Shown here one piece after another: positions 1-9,400 of a stretch of 64,000 bases of DNA (positions are counted from its first letter, which is position 1; each line of letters starts with the position of its first letter). This stretch comes from Candidatus Methylomirabilota bacterium (lineage in GTDB: Bacteria > Methylomirabilota > Methylomirabilia > Rokubacteriales > CSP1-6). The notes under the pieces are model-generated. The model did not search any database. It saw only the letters and a list, made by a program, of their open reading frames with translations, and was not told the origin of the DNA. The DNA lies in contig DATAOC010000020.1 of NCBI GenBank assembly GCA_036265915.1, forward strand, positions 5,080-69,079. The letters are read 5' to 3'. Both the position numbers and the translations under genes were made by a program.

Positions 1-1
1 A

Positions 2-625
2 CCGCCGGTGGGCGTCGTTCCGGCCGTGCCGATCGACCATCGGCACCTCGGATCGCTGTCGCTTCTCGGCAGCACGGTTGACGCTGTCCCTCCCGCGAAC
101 CCGAAGACGCTGGCGCTTCATCACGATGTGGTCGCCTCGACCCTCGAGGCGGCTGCCGTGCTGCCGTTCCGGTACGGCACCGCGGTTGCCGATGCCGACG
201 CCGATGGCTGGCTTGCGACGCAGCGCACGGCGCTCGAGGCCGCCCTGGCCCAGGTGCGCGGCTGCGTCGAGATGAGCGTCAAGCTGCTCCGCCTCGACCA
301 GGACCTGGAGCAACAGGCCAATCCGACCGACGCCGTGCTGCGCGCGCTGGCGGACCAGCTCGTGGACCGCGCGGGCGTCGAGCGGTGGCGCTATCGACCC
401 GCGGGCACTGGAGGCAATGTCGTGGCGTCCGTGGCCTTTCTGCTGCCGCGCGCGGACCTCGCGGAGTTCCTCGGTCGCATCGCGCCAATCGCATCGAGAG
501 CGATCGGGGTGGCGGTGGTGCCGACCGGGCCGTGGCCCGCGTACTCGTTCGTTCCGGCGTTCGACCGGCCGCCCCTCGCCAGCGTGCCACCGCCGTCGTC
601 GTCGTCGACTCGCCGCGCGGGGTAG
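2..625 (+). CDS. GvpL/GvpF-family gas vesicle protein, 5'-truncated by the window edge
   Basis: The frame is open from nt 2 with no upstream stop, so the true start lies outside the window. The product contains 'VLPFRYGT' and 'VVPTGPWPAYSFVP'. These match the two most conserved GvpL/GvpF blocks as I remember them (e.g. haloarchaeal GvpF 'PMSFG' and 'TGPWPPYNF'). Confidence 0.6.
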   Translation, partial: PPVGVVPAVPIDHRHLGSLSLLGSTVDAVPPANPKTLALHHDVVASTLEAAAVLPFRYGTAVADADADGWLATQRTALEAALAQVRGCVEMSVKLLRLDQDLEQQANPTDAVLRALADQLVDRAGVERWRYRPAGTGGNVVASVAFLLPRADLAEFLGRIAPIASRAIGVAVVPTGPWPAYSFVPAFDRPPLASVPPPSSSSTRRAG

Positions 626-684
626 GACCATTTGCGTACGCCCGGGCGCTCGGCTACAGTGTGCGCCACTTCCGGGAGGATCGA

Positions 685-882
685 ATGGCGAGGGTGCCAG
701 TCTCTGCCGTGGAGCGCCTGATGGCGACGAAGCCCGACGCGACGCTCGAGTCCGCGCTGGAGGTCTTCGAGGTGTTCGCCAGCGGCTCGCTCACGGACGA
801 GGTCTACATCCTGGACGACGTGGCCGGCAAGCGCATCGCCATTGCGCCGACGGCGCTGCGAGACAAGTTCCGGCGGGGGTGA
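685..882 (+). CDS. small hypothetical protein (65 aa)
   Basis: ATG at 685 is preceded by GGGAGGA (674-680). Third-codon positions are G/C-rich like neighbouring genes, and the stop lies 3 nt before the next gene's ATG. I recognised no family. Confidence 0.45.
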   Translation: MARVPVSAVERLMATKPDATLESALEVFEVFASGSLTDEVYILDDVAGKRIAIAPTALRDKFRRG

Positions 883-885
883 GCC

Positions 886-1713
886 ATGGCGATTATCGTC
901 GTGTCGACGCAGATGGGCGCGGGCGGACCGGAGATCGGCATGGCGCTCGGACAGCGCCTGGGCTACCGCTACGTGGACCAGGAGCTGCTGCAGGATGCCG
1001 GCCGACGGTACGGTCTCGCCGAGGAGAAGCTCTCGCATCTCGACGAGTCGAAGCCGACGATCTTCGAGCGGTTCGACGCGGAGACCCGGCATCACATCAC
1101 GGTGCTGCAGACGACCCTGCTCGAGCTGGCCGAGCTCGACAACTGCGTCTTCATGCGCGGCGGTGGCCAGTGGCTCCTGCGCGGCGTGCCGCACGTGCTG
1201 CGAGTCCGGCTCATCGCGCCGTTCGAGCACCGGGTGAAGTGCTGGATCAAGCGCGTGGCCGCGATGACGGGCGAGACGCCGAACCAGCGCGCCGCGGCCG
1301 ATTTCGTGCGACGCGACGACAGCGAGAAGTCGGGACGCATGCGGTACCTGTATGAGGTCGACATCAACGATCCGATGCTCTACGAGCTCATGGTGAACAC
1401 CGAGCGTCAGACGTACGACGCGGTGGTGCAGATGCTGGAGACCGTGGTGCGGCGGCCCGAGATGACCACGTCCGAGGCCGGCCGCAAGGTCGTCGCCGCC
1501 CGCGCGCTGGCGTCGCGGGTCCAGGTGGCGCTCGCGACGCACCCGGAGACGCGCCGCTATCGGATCACCGTGGAGGCGCACGATGGCGTGGTGACCCTCG
1601 AGGGCACCGCCGCCCTGGACCACGCGGTCGACGTCGCGCGCTCGGTCCCCGGCGTGCGGGACGTGCGGACCCAGCAGGTCGAGATCCCGCCGATTCCGCC
1701 GTTCGTGGCCTAG
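886..1713 (+). CDS. cytidylate-kinase-like (P-loop NMP-kinase-like) protein fused to a C-terminal BON domain
   Basis: The N-terminus 'IIVVSTQMGAGGPEIG' and overall layout resemble the cytidylate-kinase-like family. The C-terminal 'YRITVEAHDGVVTLEGTAALDHAVDVARSVPGVRDVRTQ' has a BON-domain pattern. Confidence 0.6.
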   Translation: MAIIVVSTQMGAGGPEIGMALGQRLGYRYVDQELLQDAGRRYGLAEEKLSHLDESKPTIFERFDAETRHHITVLQTTLLELAELDNCVFMRGGGQWLLRGVPHVLRVRLIAPFEHRVKCWIKRVAAMTGETPNQRAAADFVRRDDSEKSGRMRYLYEVDINDPMLYELMVNTERQTYDAVVQMLETVVRRPEMTTSEAGRKVVAARALASRVQVALATHPETRRYRITVEAHDGVVTLEGTAALDHAVDVARSVPGVRDVRTQQVEIPPIPPFVA

Positions 1714-2885
1714 CGGGTCGCGCCTCCGCCGCTCTCCGGCGACTCCGCGATCGTCAGCTGCACCGTCTTGCGCTGTCCCCGGCGGACGTAGTCGAGCTTG
1801 ACCGTCTTGCCGACCTCCGCCTCCGACGACAACCGCTGCAGGTGATGGTAGTCATCGACGTCGACACCGTCGAACTTCATCACGACGTCGTTCTGCGCGA
1901 GTCCCGCGGTCTCGGCCGGACTGCCGGGGTGCACGCGGGCCACGATCGCGCCCCTCGTGTCCGGTAGCCCGAGGGCCTGCGCCAGCTCCTTCGACATGGG
2001 CTGGAGCGAAACGCCGATCCAGCCGCGGGTGACCTTGCCGCGGTCGATGAGCTGGGCGGTGACCCGCTTCACCATGTTGGCCGGGATTGCGAAGCCGATG
2101 CCCTGGCCGGTGGCGACGATGGCGGTGTTGATGCCGATGACCTCGCCGCGCAGGTTCAGCAGCGGACCGCCGGAGTTGCCCGGGTTGATGGAGGCATCCG
2201 TCTGGATGAAGTTCTCGTAGGTCGCGATCCCGACGTCGGCGCGCCCGACGGCGCTGACGACGCCGACGGTGACCGTCTGATCGAGCCCGAACGGATTGCC
2301 GATGGCAATGGCCCATTCCCCCACGCGGAGAGCGTCGGAGTTGCCGAGCGTGGCGACACGCAGCTCCCCATCGGGGTCGAACTTGATGATCGCCAGGTCG
2401 GTCTTCGGGTCGGCGCCGACGATGCGTCCGCGCATCTCCTGCTTGGATGCAAGCCGCACGGTGACGCCGTCGGCGCCCTTGACCACGTGGAAGTTGGTGA
2501 GCACGTAGCCGCGCTTGTCGATGATGACACCCGAGCCGAGACCGGGCGTTCGAAACTCTTCCCGTTGACCCGGTCCGCCGCGACCGAAGAACTGGTCGAA
2601 GAAGTCCTTGAAGAACGGATCGTCGGCATTCGGGCCGGGGACCACCGGCGGTCGGCGTGAGCGGGCCACCTGAACGGTGCCGAGGTGCACGACGGCCGGG
2701 CGCACTGTCTCCGCGACGTTGACGAAGGCGGCCTGAAGCGCGTCGGCCGTGCCCATCGGTGAAGGCGCCGCCGCCTTCGCCGACGCGCCGGGCGCGCCCA
2801 GCCACCCGTAAAGGGCGAAAGCCGCGCCGGCACAGGCGAAAAGGGCCGAGGCGAGCACGACCGCGCGGGCGGTCTGCGGGGTCAT
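1710..2885 (-). CDS. htrA: HtrA/DegP-family periplasmic serine endoprotease with one PDZ domain
   Basis: There is an N-terminal hydrophobic signal/anchor. Catalytic-triad contexts are 'TNFHVV', 'DLAIIK' and 'GNSGGPLLN', with a C-terminal PDZ-like region 'GSPAETAGLAQNDVVMKFDG'. Confidence 0.9.
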   Translation of the reverse strand: MTPQTARAVVLASALFACAGAAFALYGWLGAPGASAKAAAPSPMGTADALQAAFVNVAETVRPAVVHLGTVQVARSRRPPVVPGPNADDPFFKDFFDQFFGRGGPGQREEFRTPGLGSGVIIDKRGYVLTNFHVVKGADGVTVRLASKQEMRGRIVGADPKTDLAIIKFDPDGELRVATLGNSDALRVGEWAIAIGNPFGLDQTVTVGVVSAVGRADVGIATYENFIQTDASINPGNSGGPLLNLRGEVIGINTAIVATGQGIGFAIPANMVKRVTAQLIDRGKVTRGWIGVSLQPMSKELAQALGLPDTRGAIVARVHPGSPAETAGLAQNDVVMKFDGVDVDDYHHLQRLSSEAEVGKTVKLDYVRRGQRKTVQLTIAESPESGGGATR

Positions 2886-3021
2886 CGGATTTCGGCGCTC
2901 ACGCTGGCCGCCACTATTGCAAAACCTATGAAAAAGTCTACCTATTTTCTTGGCGGTTTACGAGCCGGCTTGGGAAAATACGGCATTGCATCCGCCGTGT
3001 CCACGCGCACCTCACGTCTTC
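2886..3021. promoter_or_regulatory. divergent intergenic promoter region between htrA and the polysaccharide operon
   Basis: This is the only clearly AT-richer stretch in the first 35 kb ('attgcaaaacctatgaaaaagtctacctattttcttgg'). It lies between divergently oriented genes. A possible sigma70-like pair is TTGGCG (2950-2955) N18 GAAAAT (2974-2979). A sigma54-like TGGC..TTGCA element at 2905-2921 has spacing 1 nt too long. No element is strong. Confidence 0.35.
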
Positions 3022-4581
3022 ATGCGTAGGGCGATCGCCGTCGTCCTGATCGGCGCCTGTCTGTCGCCGTACGCGGCCGCTGCTCAGCCACTGTCCACCC
3101 AGCCGTCGAATTCCGTCTCGGCACCCGCGGCACCGCGGCCGCCCGGCAGTTTTGCCCCTCTCACGCCGAGCCGCTCTGACACAGGCACGCTGTTCGGCGT
3201 GCAGAACAGGAACATCGCGGGCCCGGATTATCGTCTCGGGCCGGGCGACGTCCTGGACGTTCAGATCGTAGGCCGCCTCGACGTGAATCGCCAGCAGGTC
3301 GTCGTGGATTCCGAGGGCAACGTGGCGCTGCCGCCGCTCGGCACGCTGAGCGTGGGCGGCCGGACGCTGCTCGACGCCACACGCGCCATCAGCGCCCGCG
3401 CCCGCAACGTCTTTCGCTTCGCGGACGTCAGCATCGCGGTGCTCGCGCCGCGCGCCTTCGAGATCATCGTGTCCGGCGAGGTCGAGCGGCCCGGCACGCT
3501 GCAGGCACTCGCGACGCAGCGACTGCACGAGGTCATCCTGACGACCGGAGGCATCACGCCGCGGGGCAGCGTCCGGCACGTCCAGGTGACGCATGGCGGG
3601 ACGACCAGCGAGGTCGATCTGCTCCTGTTCGAGCTGAAGGGCGACGTCGCGCAGAACCCCTTCGTCCAGGAAGGCATGCGCATCCACGTTCCGCCACGGG
3701 GGCCGGCGGTGACGCTGCAAGGCGCCGGTGTACGCCGGCCCGGGGAGTACGAGCTGTCGAGCGACGGGTCGCTTCGCGACATCCTGGCGCTCACCGGCGG
3801 CCTCGGCCCCAATGGCGCGCTCGCCGACGCGCGGCTCACGCGCGTTGGTCCCGACGGCCGCAAGGAGACGAGCGCGGTCGACCTGCGCACCGCGCAGCTC
3901 GGACTGCAGGGCGGTGACGTGCTGTACGTGCCGCCGCTCGCCGTGATCCAGGACGTGGTCGAGGTGCGCGGCGCCTTCAACGGCACCGCCGACAGCGGCA
4001 AGGCGACCACGGCCGGCAAGCCGACGATCGTGCAGCGGCTCGAGCTCGCCCGGGGCGACCGCGTGCGCGACATCGTCGTGAAGGCGGGTGGGGTGGCCGC
4101 CTTCGGCGAGCTGCGGCTGGCCTACATCGACCGTGCGGACACCGGTCCGGCGCAACGCATCCCGGTGGACCTGCATCGCCTCATGGTCGACAAGGACGAG
4201 GCGCAGAACATCGTCGTGCAGAACGGTGACGTGCTGGTGGTGCCGGTGGTGGAAGACAAGGTCTACGTCGTCGGCGAAGTGCGCAATCCGGGGCCCCAGG
4301 ATTTCCGCCCCGAGCTGACCCCGCGGGAGTACCTCGCCGCCGCCGGCGGCCTCGGGAACCGGGCGAAGGTGGCGGCCGCCACCGTGACGTTCCGCAACGG
4401 TCGCACGTATGCGATGGCGGAGGCGCCGCCGCTGGAGGCGGGCGCGGTCGTCACCGTGCCGGAGGTCGCCGTGAAGTGGTGGCAGGACTACATCACCATC
4501 GCCAGCTTCGTCGCGAGTCTGGTCACGGCCTACACGGGCATCTTCGTCCTCTTCAACGGACCGATCTCGAACAACAACTGA
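3022..4581 (+). CDS. polysaccharide export protein (Wza/Poly_export N-terminus plus repeated SLBB-like domains)
   Basis: ATG at 3022 gives the signal-peptide-like 'MRRAIAVVLIGACLSPYAAAAQP'. 'YRLGPGDVLDVQI' is the typical Poly_export motif. Several 'G.V..PG.Y.l' soluble-ligand-binding beta-grasp-like repeats follow, with a C-terminal hydrophobic helix. Confidence 0.85.
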   Translation: MRRAIAVVLIGACLSPYAAAAQPLSTQPSNSVSAPAAPRPPGSFAPLTPSRSDTGTLFGVQNRNIAGPDYRLGPGDVLDVQIVGRLDVNRQQVVVDSEGNVALPPLGTLSVGGRTLLDATRAISARARNVFRFADVSIAVLAPRAFEIIVSGEVERPGTLQALATQRLHEVILTTGGITPRGSVRHVQVTHGGTTSEVDLLLFELKGDVAQNPFVQEGMRIHVPPRGPAVTLQGAGVRRPGEYELSSDGSLRDILALTGGLGPNGALADARLTRVGPDGRKETSAVDLRTAQLGLQGGDVLYVPPLAVIQDVVEVRGAFNGTADSGKATTAGKPTIVQRLELARGDRVRDIVVKAGGVAAFGELRLAYIDRADTGPAQRIPVDLHRLMVDKDEAQNIVVQNGDVLVVPVVEDKVYVVGEVRNPGPQDFRPELTPREYLAAAGGLGNRAKVAAATVTFRNGRTYAMAEAPPLEAGAVVTVPEVAVKWWQDYITIASFVASLVTAYTGIFVLFNGPISNNN

Positions 4582-4582
4582 C

Positions 4583-5389
4583 ATGTACGAAGCGTACTGG
4601 CAGCTGAGCGAGCCACCGTTCGACAACTCGCCGAACCCGAAGTTCTTCTACCTGTCGCCCGAGCACGAGGAGGCGCTGGTCCGTCTCGTCTACACCGTCC
4701 GCCACCGCAAGGGCTGCGGGATGCTCACCGGCGAGTACGGCTGTGGCAAGACCACGCTGTCGCGCGCGCTCATCCAGCGGCTGGAAGCGGAGCGGTACGA
4801 GATCGGCCTCCTGACGAATCCGCGCTGGGATGCCACCGACTTTCTCCGCGAGGCGCTCTACCAGCTCGGCGTGGAGACGACGGAGAAGCGCAAGCCCGAG
4901 CTGCTGCACCAGCTCAACGACGTGTTCTTCCGCAACTATCGCGACGGTCGCGACACCGTCATCATCGTGGACGAGGCGCAGCTGCTGGAGGACGACGGCC
5001 TCTTCGAGGAGCTCCGGCTCCTCATGAACTTCCAGACCGACGACCGCTTCCTGGTCACCGTGCTGCTGATCGGCTCCCCGGAGCTGCGCGACAAGGTCCG
5101 CAAGCTCAAGCACCTGGACCAGCGCATCACCATCCGCTATCACCTCAACACGCTCGACGACGCGCACACGGCGGCCTACATCGCCCACCGGCTGAAGATG
5201 GCCGGACGCACCACGCCGATCTTCACCGAGGACGCGGTGAAGCTGATCTTCGACTTCACCCGCGGCACGCCGCGGGAGATCAACAACCTCTGCGACGTGG
5301 CCCTCCTCGTCGGCTACACCAAGCGCGCGAACGAGGTGGGCGAGCGGATCATCGCGGAGGTCATCAAGGACATGGTCGGCGTGTCCTGA
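4583..5389 (+). CDS. ExeA/GspA-like AAA ATPase (secretion ATPase of the type found in PEP-CTERM/exosortase EPS loci)
   Basis: It has the P-loop 'GEYGCGKTT' and the 'IIVDEAQLL' (DEAQ) box. The N-terminal 'FY.S..H.EAL..L' is typical of ExeA/GspA-like proteins. At 268 aa it has no peptidoglycan-binding C-terminal domain. Confidence 0.8.
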   Translation: MYEAYWQLSEPPFDNSPNPKFFYLSPEHEEALVRLVYTVRHRKGCGMLTGEYGCGKTTLSRALIQRLEAERYEIGLLTNPRWDATDFLREALYQLGVETTEKRKPELLHQLNDVFFRNYRDGRDTVIIVDEAQLLEDDGLFEELRLLMNFQTDDRFLVTVLLIGSPELRDKVRKLKHLDQRITIRYHLNTLDDAHTAAYIAHRLKMAGRTTPIFTEDAVKLIFDFTRGTPREINNLCDVALLVGYTKRANEVGERIIAEVIKDMVGVS

Positions 5390-6483
5390 TGGTACGGATG
5401 AGCGACCTCGTCCGCGGGATCGTGCGCCCGTCGCCCGCGTCCGCCGCGCCCGCCACCGAAGCCCCCCCCGAGCCGAAGGCGGAGGAACAACCGGCCGTCG
5501 TCGCCACCAGCCGGGTCAGCATCGCCAGCAGCGAGCCCGCGCAGCCGGTGGTCCGGCTCGAGGCCGTCATGGCGCCGCGACGTCCCGCCGAGTCGACCGA
5601 GCCGCTCGAGCCGTTGTTCACGGACCTGCAAAGGGTGCTGATCGAGGCGCGGGAGCGCGTGGACCGTCCCGGATTTCCGTGGGCGAAGCTCGAGGCCGTC
5701 GTCGAGCGCGTCATCACGGCCGTGCTCGCGTCGCCGGATCTCGTCTGGGTGGCGAGTGCGGCGAGCGCGGCCGCGGGCGCCGATTACGTCGTGCTCCACC
5801 AGGCGCGCGCGTGCGTGCTGGCGCTTCGCCTCGGCGTCGACCTCGGCTACGAGCGTCCGCGCCTGTTGCCGCTCGGTCTCGCCGCCGCGCTCTTCGACGT
5901 GGGGCTGTGGCAGGCCCCGGCCACGCTGCTGGAGCGACTCGACACGCTGTCCGGCGCCGACCTGTCGGCGTATCACGCACACCCGCGCGCATCGGCGGAG
6001 ATCGTGCAGCGCTGGTCGCCGTCCGACTCGCGCATCGTCGACGCCATCGCCGACCACCACGAGCGTGAGCTCGGCCAGGGCTTCCCGCGCGGGCTGCAGG
6101 GCGGCGCCATCGCGGTCGACGCGAAGATCATCGGCCTCGTCGACACCTATGCGGCGCTCACGGTGCCGCCGGCGCCGCGCCCCCGGCTCCGCCCGCACGA
6201 GGCCATCCGCGACATCGTGAAGACCCGCAACGACCAGTTCCCCTCGCCGCTGATCAAGGCGCTGCTGTCGGAGATCTCGGTGTTCCCGCCGGGAACCATC
6301 GTGCGGCTGAACACGGAGGAAGTCGGCCGCGTCATCGCGGTGAACCGGAACCATCCGCTGCGACCGCAGGTGGAGATCGTCGCCGACGGCAAGGGCCAGC
6401 GCCTCGCGGCGCCCAAGGTCATCGATCTCTCCGAGTCGCCCTTCCTCTACATCACGGGTCCGGTCGGCGAGAGCTCGCGGTGA
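5389..6483 (+). CDS. HD-GYP-related domain protein with degenerate catalytic motifs
   Basis: The region 'ADHHERELGQGFPRGL...IIGLVDTYAALT' (about nt 6055-6130) follows the HD-GYP signature HHExxDGxGYP. Here D is L and GYP is GFP. The upstream 'HD(I/V)GK' position reads 'FDVGLW'. The ATG overlaps the preceding stop (TGATG). Confidence 0.65.
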   Translation: MVRMSDLVRGIVRPSPASAAPATEAPPEPKAEEQPAVVATSRVSIASSEPAQPVVRLEAVMAPRRPAESTEPLEPLFTDLQRVLIEARERVDRPGFPWAKLEAVVERVITAVLASPDLVWVASAASAAAGADYVVLHQARACVLALRLGVDLGYERPRLLPLGLAAALFDVGLWQAPATLLERLDTLSGADLSAYHAHPRASAEIVQRWSPSDSRIVDAIADHHERELGQGFPRGLQGGAIAVDAKIIGLVDTYAALTVPPAPRPRLRPHEAIRDIVKTRNDQFPSPLIKALLSEISVFPPGTIVRLNTEEVGRVIAVNRNHPLRPQVEIVADGKGQRLAAPKVIDLSESPFLYITGPVGESSR

Positions 6484-6492
6484 GGGCCTAGC

Positions 6493-9400
6493 GTGGCGCA
6501 GTACGAGATGAACCTGCGCGACTACTGGCTGATCGTCCGCCGGCGGCGGATGTGGATCATCGGCACGACCGTCGTCACCATGCTCGTCGCCCTCTGGCTC
6601 GCCCGCCAGAAGGTCCCGGTGTACCAGGCGACGGCGACCGTGAAGTTCGAGCAGGCCACCAGCCTGTCGGGTCTGCTGGTGGAAGTGCTGTCCTACTCCA
6701 GCTCCGACAGCATCGAGACGCAGGCCACGCTCATCAAGAGCTACCCCGTGCTCGAGGAGGTCGCTCGCCGGCTGGGGCGCCTGCCGCCGGCCACGGGCGA
6801 GGTGGCGGTGCGCGAGTCCCGCTCCTACCAGGCCGTCCTCGACGCGATCGGCAGCAAGCTCAAGACGAGCCGCCTGCCCAACACGAGCATCCTGGAAATC
6901 ACCGCGACCTCGACCAATTCGAAGGAAGCCCGCGACCTCGCCAACACGGTGGCCGAGGTCTATCGCGACTACAACAAGCAGAACCGCAACGCCCGCATGA
7001 CGGAGGCGCGCAAATTCATCGAGGCCCAGCTGCGCGAGGTGGACGGCCGGGTCAAGCGCGCGGAGGAGGAGGTGTGGGCCTTCCGCGACGCCAACCGCGT
7101 CATCTCCCCCGGTGCGGAGTCGACGGTGCTGCTCTCGCTCTTCACGCAGGTTCGCGGCGACATGGAGAAGACACGGCAGCAGCGGACCGAGCTCGAGGAG
7201 CTGCAGGCGCGGCTGGCCCGCACCGATCCCGCCAGCATGACCGAGCGTGTCTATGTCGAGACGACGAATCCGGCGCTGCTGCGGATGCAGACCGCGCAGA
7301 CCGAGCTGACCATGGAGCGCACGCAGCTGGCGCTCGAGGTGACCGACAAGCACCCGCGGCTGCGCGCGATCGATGATCGGCTGCGCGAGGTGCGGTTCGA
7401 GATGCGGCGCGAGATCGGCGCGCAGGTCGCCACCCTGAAGAATCGCGAGGAGATCCTCGGCCGCCAGATGGCCGAGCTGATGCAGAAGAACCGCGAAGTC
7501 CCGGCCATCGAGCTGTCGCTGCAGCGCCTGCAGCGCGACGCCAAGGTCAACGACGATCTGCTGACGCTGCTCAAGACCAAGCACCAGGAGGCGCTGATCA
7601 AGGAGTCCGAGGGCGTCGAGGAAGTGGCCCTCGTCCGCCCCGCCACCGAGCCCACCTCGCCCGTGGGCGGCGACACCCTGAACACCATGCTCGTCGGCGC
7701 GCTGCTCGGGCTGATGCTCGGGCTCGTGCTGGCCTTCGTGCAGGAGACGCTCGACACGTCGATCGGCACCATCGAGGACGTCGAGTCGTACCTCGACGTC
7801 AAGGTGCTCGGCATCGTGCCTCACATCGATCCGCGGGGGACGGTGGAGCGTCTGCTCGAGCGGCGGCCGGCGCTGGCCCAGATGGACCCCGAGGCGCTCC
7901 AGAGTCACGCGCTGCTCATCACGCATTTCGATCCGAAGTCCCCGGTGGCCGAGGCGTACCGCACGCTGCGCACCAACATCCAGTTCCAGCGGATGGAGCG
8001 CGGCGGCAAGGTGCTGGTGGTGACGAGCCCCACGCTGCAGGAGGGCAAGACCACCACCATCGTGAACCTCGCCCTCACGATGGCCCAGAGCGGCCAGAAG
8101 ACGCTGCTCGTCGGCGCCAACATGCGGCGCCCGTCGATTCACCGCTTCTTCGGGATCCCGCGCGAGCCCGGCCTCTCCGACATCCTCGTCGGCAACGCGC
8201 GGTGGCAGGACTGCGTGCGCGGCGTCGCCGACATCCTGATGGGCCGCTTCGAGATGGAAGACATCATGGCCTCGCCCGGTCTCGACAACCTCCACATCAT
8301 CGAGGCGGGCCCGATTCCCGCGAATCCCTCCGAGCTCCTGTCGACGGCCGCCATGCGCGACTTCCTGCACGCCGTCAGCGCCGAGTACGACATCGTCCTC
8401 ATCGACACGCCGCCCATCCTGCCGGTCACCGATTCCGCCATCGTCGCCGGCCAGGTCGACGGCGTGCTGCTCGTGTACCAGGCGGGCAAGGTGGGCCGGC
8501 TCGTGCTCAAGCGCGCGAAGGCGCATCTCGAGAGCGCACGCGCCAAGGTCTGGGGCATCGTGCTCAACGACCTCCAGACGGAGATCTCGGGCTACACGTA
8601 CACGCACTACTACACGCACTACTACGGCGAAGAGACCGATCCGGACTCGACGAGCACGGGTGTCGTCGGGCGCGCGCTTGATTTCGCGCGCGGCAAGCTG
8701 GGGCTCGGCGCGCGGCGCCCGACCACGACCACGGTGCCCGCCGACACCGGGACGGCAGCGCCGGTGGAGACGGGGGCGGGCACGCCGAGTCGCTTCAATC
8801 GCACGACGCTTCTCGTCGGCGTCGCCGTCGCGGCGACGCTCGGCGTCGCGGCGACGGTGGCGCTCTGGCGCGCCGGCGCTTCGCGCGAGGCGGATCCCCG
8901 CGCGCAGCTTCGTCAGCGGCTCGAGCCGCCCGCACGCTCCGGTGCGCCGGCGCCGAAGTCGCCGATGAAGCCCGCCACGCCGCCGTCTGCGCCGGCGCCA
9001 GCAGCGCCGGCCCCAGCAGCGCCACCGGCCTCGTCGGCACCGACGACGTCCTCGACGATGCGGCCGCCGGTGCTGCCGCAGGCGTCGGTGCTCGCGCTGC
9101 CGCCGGCCGTGGCGAGCACGCCGGCTCCGCGGCTCGCGCCGGCGCTCACGGCTCCGCCCACGACGACCGTCGCGCCGATATCGCGGGCGGAGCGCGCCGC
9201 CGCTCCGTCTTCCGCCATCCCGCCGGCCGTCGCGCCGTCACCGATCACGCCGCCGGCCGCCGTCCCGCTGGCCGCCGCCGCACCGGTCGACGTGCCGCCG
9301 GCGCCCACGCCGTCGCCCGTCCGAATCGGCACGGCGATCACGCAGCCGTCGCCGCCAGCGCCGTCGGTGACGATCGTGGCGCCGCCGGACACGCCGCCAG

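Noticed and set aside
2905-2921. A sigma54-type promoter (TGGCCGCCACTATTGCA) upstream of the polysaccharide operon. It would fit the sigma54-dependent regulation known for PEP-CTERM loci.
   Set aside because: - The GG to GC spacing is 13 nt rather than the essentially invariant 12 nt of TGGCAC-N5-TTGC.
- No enhancer-binding-protein gene is present in the window.
- I kept it only as a note under the promoter-region feature.
5314-8619. Very long antisense or off-frame ORFs in the supplied track. Examples are 5314-8619(-) 1101 aa, 391-1623(-), 2938-4626(-), 12766-14967(-), 21142-23187(-), 23698-25290(-), 28623-30401(-) and 57829-59547(-).
   Set aside because: - Their products are Arg/Ala/Gly/Pro/His-rich low-complexity strings with no recognisable motifs.
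- Each lies opposite a gene with clear family signatures.
- Long shadow ORFs are expected in ~70% GC DNA, where stop codons are rare.
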